A stretch of 64,000 nt of DNA from Escherichia coli (GTDB lineage: Bacteria; Pseudomonadota; Gammaproteobacteria; Enterobacterales; Enterobacteriaceae): assembly GCF_013122565.1 (NCBI RefSeq), contig NZ_CP053258.1, one strand, 5' to 3'. Shown piece after piece: positions 1-12,528 of this stretch (position 1 is the stretch's first letter; the number at the start of each line of letters is the position of its first letter). The translations under genes were made by a program, and so were the position numbers. The notes below the pieces were generated by a model. The model did not search any database. It was given only the letters and a program-made list of their open reading frames with translations, and was not told the DNA's origin.

Positions 1-1
1 T

Positions 2-709
<708 letters not shown>

Positions 710-739
710 TGTGTTTATTTATATGGAAAGAGTTTAACA

Positions 740-1564
740 ATGCAGCAGTTACAGAACATTATTGAGACCGCTTTTGAACGCCGTGCCGAGATCACGCCAG
801 CCAATGCAGACACCGTTACCCGCGAAGCGGTAAATCAGGTGATCGCCCTGCTGGATTCCGGCGCACTGCGTGTGGCGGAAAAAATTGACGGTCAGTGGGT
901 GACGCATCAGTGGTTGAAAAAAGCGGTGCTGCTCTCTTTCCGTATTAATGATAATCAAGTAATTGAAGGAGCAGAAAGCCGCTACTTCGATAAAGTGCCG
1001 ATGAAATTCGCTGATTACGACGAAGCACGTTTCCAGAAAGAAGGCTTCCGTGTTGTGCCACCAGCGGCGGTACGTCAGGGTGCGTTTATTGCCCGTAACA
1101 CCGTGCTGATGCCGTCTTACGTCAACATCGGCGCATATGTTGATGAAGGCACGATGGTTGATACCTGGGCCACTGTCGGTTCCTGTGCACAAATTGGTAA
1201 AAACGTCCACCTTTCCGGTGGCGTGGGTATCGGCGGCGTGCTGGAGCCGCTGCAGGCTAACCCGACCATTATTGAAGATAACTGCTTCATCGGCGCGCGC
1301 TCTGAAGTGGTTGAAGGGGTGATTGTCGAAGAAGGTTCCGTCATCTCTATGGGCGTATACATTGGTCAGAGCACCCGTATTTACGACCGTGAAACCGGCG
1401 AAATCCACTACGGTCGCGTTCCGGCGGGGTCTGTGGTTGTTTCAGGTAATCTGCCGTCGAAAGATGGCAAATACAGCCTCTACTGTGCGGTTATCGTTAA
1501 GAAAGTTGACGCGAAAACTCGCGGTAAAGTTGGTATTAACGAACTGCTGCGTACCATCGACTAA
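740..1564 (+). CDS. dapD: 2,3,4,5-tetrahydropyridine-2,6-dicarboxylate N-succinyltransferase
   Basis: 274-aa ORF; sequence [34 protein letters not shown]... recognised as DapD, with hexapeptide-repeat acyltransferase character in the C-terminal half. Confidence 0.95.
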
Positions 1565-1877
1565 AAGTATGCACACGGGCAGCACGACGCTGCCCGATTG
1601 CTTTCTGGTTCAGAATAATTCGTCCTACTCATTCTTCCTCCCCCTTTTTTAAATACTTCTTCATCTTGTTTCGGACTGTCATGTAATTCGCAAAACGAAG
1701 ATAAATGTGCTAATCCATCCCATGGAATATCGCCACAATAAAGCAGGTAATTTTTTGATTTTTACGCCATGATAGAAGTCTGGAAGAAAAAGGCTTTCTG
1801 CGATCACAGTCGAGCCGGGCGGGCCAGGCCAAATGCTAAAATAAGCACAATTTACTGACTCATTTTGAGGTAACGCT

Positions 1878-2264
1878 ATGTACGACAATCTGAAAAGTCT
1901 GGGTATTACCAATCCTGAAGAAATTGATCGTTACAGCCTCCGGCAGGAAGCCAACAACGATATTCTGAAAATCTATTTCCAGAAAGACAAAGGCGAGTTT
2001 TTCGCCAAGAGCGTGAAGTTTAAATATCCGCGTCAGCGTAAAACGGTCGTCGCTGATGGTGTGGGTCAGGGTTATAAAGAAGTCCAGGAAATCAGCCCGA
2101 ATCTACGGTATATCATTGATGAGCTTGATCAAATCTGCCAGCGTGACCGCAGCGAAGTTGATCTTAAGCGTAAGATCCTCGACGACTTACGTCACCTGGA
2201 GTCAGTCGTAACCAATAAGATCAGCGAGATTGAAGCCGATCTGGAAAAACTAACGCGTAAATAA
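1878..2264 (+). CDS. yaeH: UPF0325 family protein YaeH
   Basis: 128-aa [38 protein letters not shown]... recognised as YaeH; convergent with cdaR. Confidence 0.9.
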   Translation: MYDNLKSLGITNPEEIDRYSLRQEANNDILKIYFQKDKGEFFAKSVKFKYPRQRKTVVADGVGQGYKEVQEISPNLRYIIDELDQICQRDRSEVDLKRKILDDLRHLESVVTNKISEIEADLEKLTRK

Positions 2265-2288
2265 TCCCGAACTGACGGTTAACTCGGG

Positions 2289-2321
2289 CATTCCCCTCTC
2301 CCCTTCGGGCTGAGGGGAATG
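2289..2321. terminator. Bidirectional hairpin between convergent yaeH and cdaR
   Basis: cattcccctc-...ccc-ttc-ggg...-gaggggaatg extended GC-rich stem in the 88-bp gap between the two stop codons. Confidence 0.55.
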
Positions 2322-2352
2322 AGTCAGCGCCGCCTCAACCTTAACGCATAAC

Positions 2353-3510
2353 CTACCGCTCTTCATCCAGTTGTAACGCCACATACAGCAGCAACCTGTC
2401 ATCAAAATTGCCCAAATCAAGCCCGGTCAGTTCCGATATACGATTAAGCCGATACTCCAGAGTATTACGATGAATAAACAGCGCCTTTGACGTAGCCAGC
2501 GGTTGCACATTGTGGCGAAACCACGCCGCCAGCGTTCGTCGCAGCAAGCCGTTATTGTCCATCGCTTTCAGCCGCGCCAGCGGTCGCGCCAGTTCGTTGG
2601 CCTGCCAGTCGCCACGCAAACTGTCGAGTAACACAGGTAACATCAGATCCTGATAAAAATAGCAGCGACTTTCTGGCATCCGCTGTTTACCCACCACCAT
2701 CGTCGTTTTCGCCGTACGATAGGATCGGGCAATACTGCCAGGACCGGTAAAATAGTTGCCCAGCGAAACGCGAAAACGCAGCTGGCCGTACTCTTTCATG
2801 CGGGTAATCAGTTGTTCAACTCGCTTACGATGATCTTCTGCATCCCAGCGCCCAAAAGAGTTCAACGCCGGTTTCAACACCACCATTTCGGTCAGCGAAA
2901 CAATTGCCACCAGATTATTACGCTCGGGCGTAGTCAGCGCGTTTTGCAGTTGCTGTAACTCCGCCATTGCGCTGTCCACGCCAAGCTGACCGCTGTCGAC
3001 CTCAACAATAGCCACCACTCGCGGTTGATTGAGATCGATCCCCAGCCGTTGCGCCCATTCCGTAAGTGCGGGAGTATTTTCCTCAGCCTGAATCAGGTTC
3101 ATCACCAGTTCTTCCCGCAAACGGCTATCCTGCGCCAACAGGTGCATCAACCGCGACTGTTCCAGCATCATTTCAGCCGTCATGCAGACCAGTTCGCCAT
3201 ATTTACGCAGGTTCTCTGGTTCACCTGTCAGGCCAATTACGCCGACAATTTCACCTTCCAGCCGTAACGGTAGATTAATCCCCTGCCGCACACCGTGCAG
3301 ATGACGTGCCACCGCGTCATCAATATCGACGACTCGTCCCTGTGAAAGCACCAGCAATGCACCTTCGTGCAATTCACCAATACGCTCACGATCGCCGCTG
3401 CCGATAATTCGCCCGCGGGCATCCATTACGTTGATATTGGTATCGATGATGCGCATGGTTCGTGCCACGATATCCTGCGCCATTTTGGTATCAAGATGCC
3501 AGCCAGCCAT
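2353..3510 (-). CDS. cdaR: Carbohydrate diacid regulator CdaR (SdaR)
   Basis: Track ORF 2353..3528; the recognised N-terminus MAGWHLDTKMAQDIV begins at the second Met (3510); C-terminal helix-turn-helix region present. Confidence 0.88.
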   Translation of the reverse strand: MAGWHLDTKMAQDIVARTMRIIDTNINVMDARGRIIGSGDRERIGELHEGALLVLSQGRVVDIDDAVARHLHGVRQGINLPLRLEGEIVGVIGLTGEPENLRKYGELVCMTAEMMLEQSRLMHLLAQDSRLREELVMNLIQAEENTPALTEWAQRLGIDLNQPRVVAIVEVDSGQLGVDSAMAELQQLQNALTTPERNNLVAIVSLTEMVVLKPALNSFGRWDAEDHRKRVEQLITRMKEYGQLRFRVSLGNYFTGPGSIARSYRTAKTTMVVGKQRMPESRCYFYQDLMLPVLLDSLRGDWQANELARPLARLKAMDNNGLLRRTLAAWFRHNVQPLATSKALFIHRNTLEYRLNRISELTGLDLGNFDDRLLLYVALQLDEER

Positions 3511-3628
3511 AAGTCCTCCGTTATGCACGGCTTAGCATAAGGAAGTACGTAACGTACGGCATTGTGCAAATGCCCAAAGGATGATGAAGATGTATGGAGT
3601 TGTGGTGAAGTTCACAGATCGTAAGGAG

Positions 3629-3656
3629 AACCCCTTCCCGTTTTCAGGAAGGGGTT
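3629..3656 (-). terminator. Stable hairpin downstream of degP (putative terminator / insulator before the cdaR promoter)
   Basis: aaccccttcc-cgttttca-ggaaggggtt 10-bp stem about 10 nt 3' of the degP stop; no U-run. Confidence 0.4.
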
Positions 3657-3664
3657 GAGGGAGA

Positions 3665-5089
3665 TTACTGCATTAACAGGTAGATGGTGCTGTCGCCGCG
3701 CTGAATGTTCAGTGCCAGCACAGACGGTTTGCTGTCGAGAACTTTACGCAGTTCAGCGATGTTTTTCACTGCCTGCTGGTTCGCGCCAATAATCACATCA
3801 CCTTTCTTCAGGCCGATCTGCGCAGCCGGAGTGCCCGTTTTCACGTTGTTCACTACCACGCCCTGATCTTTGCCTTTGTTGCTCATCTCAGCGCCTTCAA
3901 TGCCGTTGAAGATGGAGCTGGAATCAACCTGATTCTGGCTGCTCTGCTGCAGTTCCAGGTTCACGTTAACCTGCTTACCGTCGCGCAGTAAGCCCAGAGT
4001 CAGTTTGCTACCCACCGGCATAGTACCCACCTGAGCACGCAGCGCGGCAAAGCTGCTGATCGGCTTACCGTTCAGTGAGGTGATCACATCACCCGCTTTA
4101 ATGCCCGCTTTTGCAGCGGAGGAATTAGGCAGAACCTGGCTTACGAAAGCACCGCGCTGGGCGTCAACTTTCATCGCTTTGGCCAGTTCGGAGTTCAGCT
4201 CAGTCCCCATAATACCCAGCTCACCGCGTTTCACCTGGCCGTATTCCACCATCTGCGAGGTCAGGTTTTTCACCATGTTACTCGGGATAGCAAAACCGAT
4301 ACCGATGTTGCCGCCGTCCGGTGCGAGGATCGCGGTGTTGATACCGATCAGTTCGCCGTTCAGGTTAACCAGCGCACCACCGGAGTTACCACGGTTGATC
4401 GCAGCATCGGTCTGGATGAAGTTTTCGTAGTTTTCGGCATTCAGGCCGCTACGCCCCAGCGCAGAGACAATCCCGGAAGTTACCGTCTCGCCCAGACCAA
4501 ATGGGTTACCAATCGCTACGGTGTAATCACCCACGCGCAGTGCATCAGAATCCGCCATCTTAATTGCGGTCAGGTTTTTTGGGTTCTGGATTTGGATCAG
4601 CGCGATATCAGAGCGCGGATCTTTGCCAACCATCTTCGCGTCGAACTTACGACCATCGCTCAGCTGGACTTTAATCACTGTCGCGTTATCAACAACGTGG
4701 TTGTTGGTGACGACATAGCCTTTATCGGCATCAATGATGACGCCGGAACCCAGCGCCATGAATTTTTGTTGCTGGCCGCCACCATTACCGCCCTGGCCCC
4801 CCTGGCAGAACGGAGAGCTCTGGAACGGAGAACCTTCCTGGCAGAACGGTGAATCATCACCGAAGAACTGCTGGAAATTACGCGGCATACGCGGCGTATT
4901 AACGGTTGTGCTACCTTCTACGTTAATGCTGACCACTGAAGGCATCACCTTTTCGAGCATCGGTGCAAGGCTTGGCATCTGCTGGGCTGTCGTTGCTGAA
5001 GATGTCTCAGCCGCCGTTGCAGAGAGCGGAGATAACGCCAAACCTAAACTCAGAGCCAGTGCACTCAGTGCTAATGTGGTTTTTTTCAT
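3665..5089 (-). CDS. degP: Periplasmic serine endoprotease DegP (HtrA)
   Basis: 474-aa ORF with signal peptide, trypsin-like protease core (GNSGGAL) and two PDZ-like C-terminal repeats; recognised as DegP. Confidence 0.96.
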   Translation of the reverse strand: MKKTTLALSALALSLGLALSPLSATAAETSSATTAQQMPSLAPMLEKVMPSVVSINVEGSTTVNTPRMPRNFQQFFGDDSPFCQEGSPFQSSPFCQGGQGGNGGGQQQKFMALGSGVIIDADKGYVVTNNHVVDNATVIKVQLSDGRKFDAKMVGKDPRSDIALIQIQNPKNLTAIKMADSDALRVGDYTVAIGNPFGLGETVTSGIVSALGRSGLNAENYENFIQTDAAINRGNSGGALVNLNGELIGINTAILAPDGGNIGIGFAIPSNMVKNLTSQMVEYGQVKRGELGIMGTELNSELAKAMKVDAQRGAFVSQVLPNSSAAKAGIKAGDVITSLNGKPISSFAALRAQVGTMPVGSKLTLGLLRDGKQVNVNLELQQSSQNQVDSSSIFNGIEGAEMSNKGKDQGVVVNNVKTGTPAAQIGLKKGDVIIGANQQAVKNIAELRKVLDSKPSVLALNIQRGDSTIYLLMQ

Positions 5090-5134
5090 GTATTTCAGTC
5101 TCGATTAACAGATAACGCAAAATTGCTGTGTTCT

Positions 5135-5162
5135 TCAGATTCGTTTTATAGCGCGAAGTTCC
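5135..5162 (-). promoter_or_regulatory. Candidate sigma-E (RpoE) promoter of degP
   Basis: Minus-strand GGAACTT (-35; plus coords 5156..5162), 16-nt spacer, TCTGA (-10; 5135..5139), about 45 nt upstream of the degP ATG; matches the sigma-E consensus. Confidence 0.6.
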
Positions 5163-5218
5163 GAACTAAAGTTTCTGCAAAAGGTAAAAATTTATTGTTC
5201 GTCTTTACAAAAGCCTGG

Positions 5219-6736
5219 TTATTGTTCTACGGCCATCAGACGTCGGTATTCATCCCACGCATAGAGGTCGGTCATACCGCTGATATAATCCTGCAGCAGG
5301 CGGCAACGGTAATAATATTCCCATAGCGGAAACTCAGGAGAATCTGACGGTAATTTACTGACAGCCTCGACATAGGCCAGCCGATGGCGCGTCGAGAGTT
5401 TGTGGAATAAGCGCGATTCAATAGGGAAACGTTTCACCCGTTCTTTTTCTACCAGTTCAGTAAAGTCTGATAACGACAGGCTTAATAAAGGACGATAAAT
5501 CTCTAATAATCCGCTAATGACCCGATAGCCCTGCAATTCAAGCTGCTCGACATCTGGATGGCTAAACACATGTTTTACAGCGACATTTTTATATAGCTTA
5601 AGAAGATCGCTGCATTCGCTGGCATCTTCCAATAATGCATGATTAAACGTTCCGGCGAAAATCGCAGGCAGATTATCAATAAATCGTTGTGCCGCATAGG
5701 GTACCAGTTTATTTAGGGTATTTACTCGTAAATACATAAAAAACTGATCTTCCGTACTGCGGCTTAAACTATTTGAGCGTGATTTTTCCCAGGCATTTTC
5801 AACCACCAGCGAAAAGAGCGAACCTTTCTCATGCTGGCCCCACGCTTCGTGCAAATGATGATAAAGCTGCTCAACGGTAAATATTCTTTTCTCTACCGCA
5901 TCTTCAAGGTCTGCCACACAATAGGAGATGTCGTCGGCAGCTTCCATAATCCACGTTAATGGAAAACGACTGTAAAGCGCCAAATTAAGTTCTTTACGCA
6001 ACCGGGCAATATAGGCTTCTTCAGAAAGATAATAACCCGGCTTTTTCATCAAATAGTGATGTGTCTCAGGCGTTTCACCACGCCACCACGCCGGACGAGT
6101 ATATTTTAAAATACCGCCAACCTGTGCCCAGGTGAGATTCATCCGCATCAATGTATGCACCAGACGAATGCCTTGTGCATTCCCCTCAAAATGACATAAG
6201 TCCTGACGAATCTTGCGCCGCAGCTCGTTAAGCGGTTCTTCCCCGTCCCGTAAACGTAGTGCCGCCACGCTGCAGCGATCGTCAGTCAGAGGCTGGCTTT
6301 CGGCATCTTCCGGGTGCAAACGTTGGCGAAACCAGTCATTTATCGCTGCTTCGCCAAAATGACCAAACGGCGGATTGCCGATATCGTGCATCAGGCATGA
6401 CATCTCAACAATGCTTTCAAAAGGTCCGGTCAGTTCATCCAGGCCGTATGCTTCCAGCAATTTAAGCTCTTTCAGACGGCTTAAAATTTCTTTGGCGATG
6501 TAGCGCCCCACCTGCTGGACTTCCATCGAGTGGGTAAGACGCGTGCGCACGGCGGCATTGCGCTCCAGTGGAAAAACCTGGGTCTTTTGTTGCAGACGAC
6601 GAATTGCCGGAGAGTTGATGATACGCCCGCGATCGCTCTCGAAGATCCGCAGGATCTCATGTTCGGTTTTAACGCCCTGCGGTGAACGGTAACGACGATG
6701 CCAGTTTATTTTTTTTCGGAAATCAATCTGTGCCAT
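5219..6736 (-). CDS. dgt: dGTP triphosphohydrolase
   Basis: 505-aa ORF with HD-domain motif ([12 protein letters not shown]); recognised as Dgt. Confidence 0.95.
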
Positions 6737-6819
6737 GTCCTCTCCCGCGTGAGAAATACGCTTCCCCGTAAGCGCATGGTAAACTATGCCTTCAAATCGG
6801 GCTTATCGCGAGTAAATCT

Positions 6820-7518
6820 ATGAAAATCGGCATCATTGGTGCAATGGAAGAAGAAGTTACGCTGCTGCGTGACAAAATCGAAAACCGTCAAACTATCAGT
6901 CTCGGCGGTTGCGAAATCTATACCGGCCAACTGAATGGAACCGAGGTTGCGCTTCTGAAATCGGGCATCGGTAAAGTCGCTGCGGCGCTGGGTGCCACTT
7001 TGCTGTTGGAACACTGCAAGCCAGATGTGATTATTAACACCGGTTCTGCCGGTGGCCTGGCACCAACGCTGAAAGTGGGCGATATCGTTGTCTCGGACGA
7101 AGCGCGTTATCACGACGCGGATGTCACGGCATTTGGTTATGAATACGGTCAGTTACCAGGCTGTCCGGCAGGCTTTAAAGCTGACGATAAACTGATCGCT
7201 GCCGCTGAGGCCTGCATTGCCGAACTGAATCTTAACGCTGTACGTGGCCTGATTGTTAGCGGCGACGCTTTCATCAACGGTTCTGTTGGTCTGGCGAAAA
7301 TCCGCCACAACTTCCCACAGGCCATTGCTGTAGAGATGGAAGCGACGGCAATCGCCCATGTCTGCCACAATTTCAACGTCCCGTTTGTTGTCGTACGCGC
7401 CATCTCCGACGTGGCCGATCAACAGTCTCATCTTAGCTTCGATGAGTTCCTGGCTGTTGCCGCTAAACAGTCCAGCCTGATGGTTGAGTCACTGGTGCAG
7501 AAACTGGCACATGGCTAA
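6820..7518 (+). CDS. mtnN: 5'-methylthioadenosine/S-adenosylhomocysteine nucleosidase
   Basis: 232-aa [27 protein letters not shown]... recognised as MtnN (Pfs). Confidence 0.96.
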   Translation: MKIGIIGAMEEEVTLLRDKIENRQTISLGGCEIYTGQLNGTEVALLKSGIGKVAAALGATLLLEHCKPDVIINTGSAGGLAPTLKVGDIVVSDEARYHDADVTAFGYEYGQLPGCPAGFKADDKLIAAAEACIAELNLNAVRGLIVSGDAFINGSVGLAKIRHNFPQAIAVEMEATAIAHVCHNFNVPFVVVRAISDVADQQSHLSFDEFLAVAAKQSSLMVESLVQKLAHG

Positions 7519-8311
7519 ATCACTGTTCAGGGCGCTGGTCGCCCTGTCTTTTCTCGCGCCACTGTGGCTCAACGCCGCGCCGCGCGTCATCACGCTTTCT
7601 CCCGCCAACACTGAACTTGCCTTTGCCGCCGGGATCACGCCGGTTGGGGTCAGCAGCTATTCCGACTATCCTCCACAAGCGCAAAAGATTGAGCAGGTTT
7701 CCACCTGGCAGGGGATGAATCTGGAACGCATTGTGGCGCTGAAACCCGATCTGGTGATTGCCTGGCGTGGAGGTAATGCCGAGCGGCAGGTTGACCAGCT
7801 AGCTTCGCTGGGAATAAAAGTGATGTGGGTCGATGCGACAAGCATTGAACAAATTGCCAATGCGTTACGTCAACTGGCCCCCTGGAGTCCGCAACCAGAC
7901 AAGGCAGAACAAGCCGCGCAATCCCTGCTGGATCAGTACGCGCAATTGAAAGCGCAATATGCTGATAAACCTAAAAAACGTGTTTTTCTGCAATTCGGCA
8001 TTAATCCGCCATTTACCAGTGGAAAAGAGTCGATTCAGAACCAGGTACTCGAAGTTTGTGGCGGAGAAAACATCTTTAAAGACAGCCGGGTTCCCTGGCC
8101 GCAAGTTAGCCGCGAACAGGTGTTAGCACGCTCGCCACAGGCGATTGTCATTACAGGCGGACCGGACCAAATTCCTAAAATCAAACAATACTGGAGTGAA
8201 CAGCTCAAAATTCCCGTTATTCCTCTCACGAGTGACTGGTTTGAACGTGCAAGCCCACGTATTATCCTCGCTGCACAACAGCTCTGTAATGCGCTTTCAC
8301 AGGTAGATTAG
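7511..8311 (+). CDS. btuF: Vitamin B12 periplasmic binding protein BtuF
   Basis: Track ORF 7484..8311; recognised BtuF N-terminus [14 protein letters not shown] starts at the ATG at 7511, overlapping the mtnN stop by 8 nt; signal peptide present. Confidence 0.9.
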   Translation: MAKSLFRALVALSFLAPLWLNAAPRVITLSPANTELAFAAGITPVGVSSYSDYPPQAQKIEQVSTWQGMNLERIVALKPDLVIAWRGGNAERQVDQLASLGIKVMWVDATSIEQIANALRQLAPWSPQPDKAEQAAQSLLDQYAQLKAQYADKPKKRVFLQFGINPPFTSGKESIQNQVLEVCGGENIFKDSRVPWPQVSREQVLARSPQAIVITGGPDQIPKIKQYWSEQLKIPVIPLTSDWFERASPRIILAAQQLCNALSQVD

Positions 8312-8348
8312 CGCCTGACCTTTTCAGGTGCTCAGTGGGGATTGAACA

Positions 8349-8972
8349 ATGCTCGTCTATTGGCTGGATATAGTCGGCACAGCGGTATTTGCCATCTCCG
8401 GCGTTTTGTTAGCCGGAAAATTGCGTATGGACCCTTTTGGTGTTCTGGTATTAGGCGTGGTTACCGCAGTAGGCGGCGGAACAATTCGCGACATGGCGCT
8501 GGATCACGGCCCGGTATTTTGGGTGAAAGATCCCACCGATCTGGTCGTTGCAATGGTCACCAGCATGCTGACCATCGTGCTGGTGCGCCAGCCAAGACGC
8601 TTACCAAAATGGATGTTGCCGGTGCTGGACGCCGTTGGTCTGGCGGTGTTTGTAGGCATTGGCGTGAATAAAGCCTTTAATGCGGAAGCCGGTCCGTTAA
8701 TCGCGGTTTGTATGGGCGTCATTACTGGCGTTGGCGGCGGGATCATTCGTGATGTTCTGGCCCGCGAAATCCCCATGATTTTACGTACAGAAATCTACGC
8801 AACAGCCTGTATTATCGGCGGTATTGTCCACGCTACGGCTTATTACACATTTTCCGTACCACTGGAAACAGCCAGTATGATGGGCATGGTCGTGACGCTA
8901 TTGATTCGGCTGGCGGCTATTCGTTGGCATCTTAAGCTACCGACGTTTGCGCTGGATGAGAATGGGCGTTGA
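8349..8972 (+). CDS. yadS: UPF0126 inner membrane protein YadS
   Basis: 207-aa hydrophobic ORF with duplicated GGGxIRD motif; recognised as YadS. Confidence 0.9.
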   Translation: MLVYWLDIVGTAVFAISGVLLAGKLRMDPFGVLVLGVVTAVGGGTIRDMALDHGPVFWVKDPTDLVVAMVTSMLTIVLVRQPRRLPKWMLPVLDAVGLAVFVGIGVNKAFNAEAGPLIAVCMGVITGVGGGIIRDVLAREIPMILRTEIYATACIIGGIVHATAYYTFSVPLETASMMGMVVTLLIRLAAIRWHLKLPTFALDENGR

Positions 8973-8981
8973 AGAGAGAAG

Positions 8982-9008
8982 ATGTGCCGGATAGTTTATC
9001 CGGCACAT
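8982..9008. terminator. Bidirectional hairpin between convergent yadS and erpA
   Basis: atgtgccggata-gtt-tatccggcacat perfect 12-bp palindrome in the 46-bp gap. Confidence 0.6.
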
Positions 9009-9018
9009 GAACAACAGA

Positions 9019-9363
9019 TTAGATGCTAAAGGAAGAACCGCAACCGCAGGTGCTTTTCGCGTTCGGGTTGGTCACGATGAAACGAGAACCTTCCAGTCCT
9101 TCGGTATAGTCAACGGAACCGCCGACCAGATATTGCAGGCTCATCGGATCAACCACCAGGCCAACGCCCTGTTTTTCGATGGTCATATCGCCTTCGTTCA
9201 CCTGATCATCAAAGGTGAAACCATACTGGAAGCCGCTGCAACCGCCACCGGTGATATACACGCGTAATTTCAGATTCGGGTTATCTTCGTCAGCGATCAG
9301 GCTTTTAACTTTGTTGGCTGCTGCGTCGGTAAACTCCAGCGGCAGTGCTACGTCATCACTCAT
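9019..9363 (-). CDS. erpA: Iron-sulfur cluster insertion protein ErpA (A-type carrier)
   Basis: Track ORF 9019..9396; recognised start [19 protein letters not shown] at 9363; C-terminal CGCGSSF motif. Confidence 0.92.
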
Positions 9364-9444
9364 ATTTTGCTCCAAACGACATCGGCAATTGGGCAAATTC
9401 TAACCCAATAATAATCGCCATTATCTAATACCCTGGTATTTCGT

Positions 9445-10884
<1,440 letters not shown>

Positions 10885-11090
10885 TCATACAAATAAGATG
10901 ACGGCATTTTACTCGCACGTTCCATGAAAATCCTTTGCAAAGCGTAATGTTTCAAATGCACAAAACTTTTATACTCTAAGAAATCAGGATTGCACCAGTA
11001 CAAGCAGCCTGATGTTTGACGAGTATTTAACTTGTTATGAATAACATAGAATAGCAGCCATTCACTTTTTCTACGAATCAGGAACCCTCC

Positions 11091-12371
11091 ATGAGTAAGT
11101 CTGAAAATCTTTACAGCGCAGCGCGCGAGCTGATCCCTGGCGGTGTGAACTCCCCTGTTCGCGCCTTTACTGGCGTGGGCGGCACTCCACTGTTTATCGA
11201 AAAAGCGGACGGCGCTTATCTGTACGATGTTGATGGCAAAGCCTATATCGATTATGTCGGTTCCTGGGGGCCGATGGTGCTGGGCCATAACCATCCGGCG
11301 ATCCGCAATGCCGTGATTGAAGCCGCCGAGCGTGGTTTAAGCTTTGGTGCACCAACCGAAATGGAAGTGAAAATGGCGCAACTGGTGACCGAACTGGTCC
11401 CGACCATGGATATGGTGCGCATGGTGAACTCCGGCACCGAGGCGACGATGAGCGCCATCCGTCTGGCCCGTGGTTTTACCGGTCGCGACAAAATTATTAA
11501 ATTTGAAGGATGCTACCACGGTCACGCTGACTGCCTGCTGGTGAAAGCCGGTTCTGGCGCACTCACGTTAGGTCAGCCAAACTCGCCGGGTGTTCCGGCA
11601 GATTTCGCCAAACATACCTTAACCTGTACTTATAACGATCTGGCTTCTGTACGCGCCGCGTTTGAGCAATACCCGCAAGAGATTGCCTGTATTATCGTCG
11701 AGCCGGTGGCAGGCAATATGAACTGTGTTCCGCCGCAGCCAGAGTTCCTGCCAGGTCTGCGTGCGCTGTGCGACGAATTTGGCGCGTTGCTGATCATCGA
11801 TGAAGTGATGACCGGCTTCCGCGTGGCACTGGCTGGCGCACAGGATTATTACGGCGTAGTGCCAGATTTAACCTGCCTCGGCAAAATCATCGGCGGTGGA
11901 ATGCCGGTAGGCGCATTCGGTGGTCGTCGTGATGTAATGGATGCGCTGGCCCCGACGGGTCCGGTCTATCAGGCGGGTACGCTTTCCGGTAACCCGATTG
12001 CGATGGCAGCGGGTTTCGCCTGTCTGAATGAAGTCGCGCAGCCGGGCGTTCACGAAACGCTGGATGAGCTGACAACACGTCTGGCAGAAGGTCTGCTGGA
12101 AGCGGCAGAAGAAGCCGGAATTCCGCTGGTCGTTAACCACGTTGGCGGCATGTTCGGTATTTTCTTTACCGACGCCGAGTCCGTGACGTGCTATCAGGAT
12201 GTGATGGCCTGTGACGTGGAACGCTTTAAGCGTTTCTTCCATATGATGCTGGACGAAGGTGTTTACCTGGCACCGTCAGCGTTTGAAGCGGGCTTTATGT
12301 CTGTGGCGCACAGCATGGAAGATATCAATAACACCATCGATGCTGCACGTCGGGTGTTTGCGAAGTTGTGA
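11091..12371 (+). CDS. hemL: Glutamate-1-semialdehyde 2,1-aminomutase
   Basis: 426-aa [29 protein letters not shown]...; aminotransferase class III; recognised as HemL. Confidence 0.96.
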   Translation: MSKSENLYSAARELIPGGVNSPVRAFTGVGGTPLFIEKADGAYLYDVDGKAYIDYVGSWGPMVLGHNHPAIRNAVIEAAERGLSFGAPTEMEVKMAQLVTELVPTMDMVRMVNSGTEATMSAIRLARGFTGRDKIIKFEGCYHGHADCLLVKAGSGALTLGQPNSPGVPADFAKHTLTCTYNDLASVRAAFEQYPQEIACIIVEPVAGNMNCVPPQPEFLPGLRALCDEFGALLIIDEVMTGFRVALAGAQDYYGVVPDLTCLGKIIGGGMPVGAFGGRRDVMDALAPTGPVYQAGTLSGNPIAMAAGFACLNEVAQPGVHETLDELTTRLAEGLLEAAEEAGIPLVVNHVGGMFGIFFTDAESVTCYQDVMACDVERFKRFFHMMLDEGVYLAPSAFEAGFMSVAHSMEDINNTIDAARRVFAKL

Positions 12372-12380
12372 TCCAGCATG

Positions 12381-12510
<130 letters not shown>

Positions 12511-12528
12511 GGCCGTTATATGGAAAAA

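Noticed and set aside
1679-1912. 77-aa minus-strand ORF in the dapD-yaeH gap
   Set aside because: Overlaps the yaeH start and promoter region, has no RBS or recognisable product; I considered it as a possible yaeI remnant but the strand and sequence do not fit.
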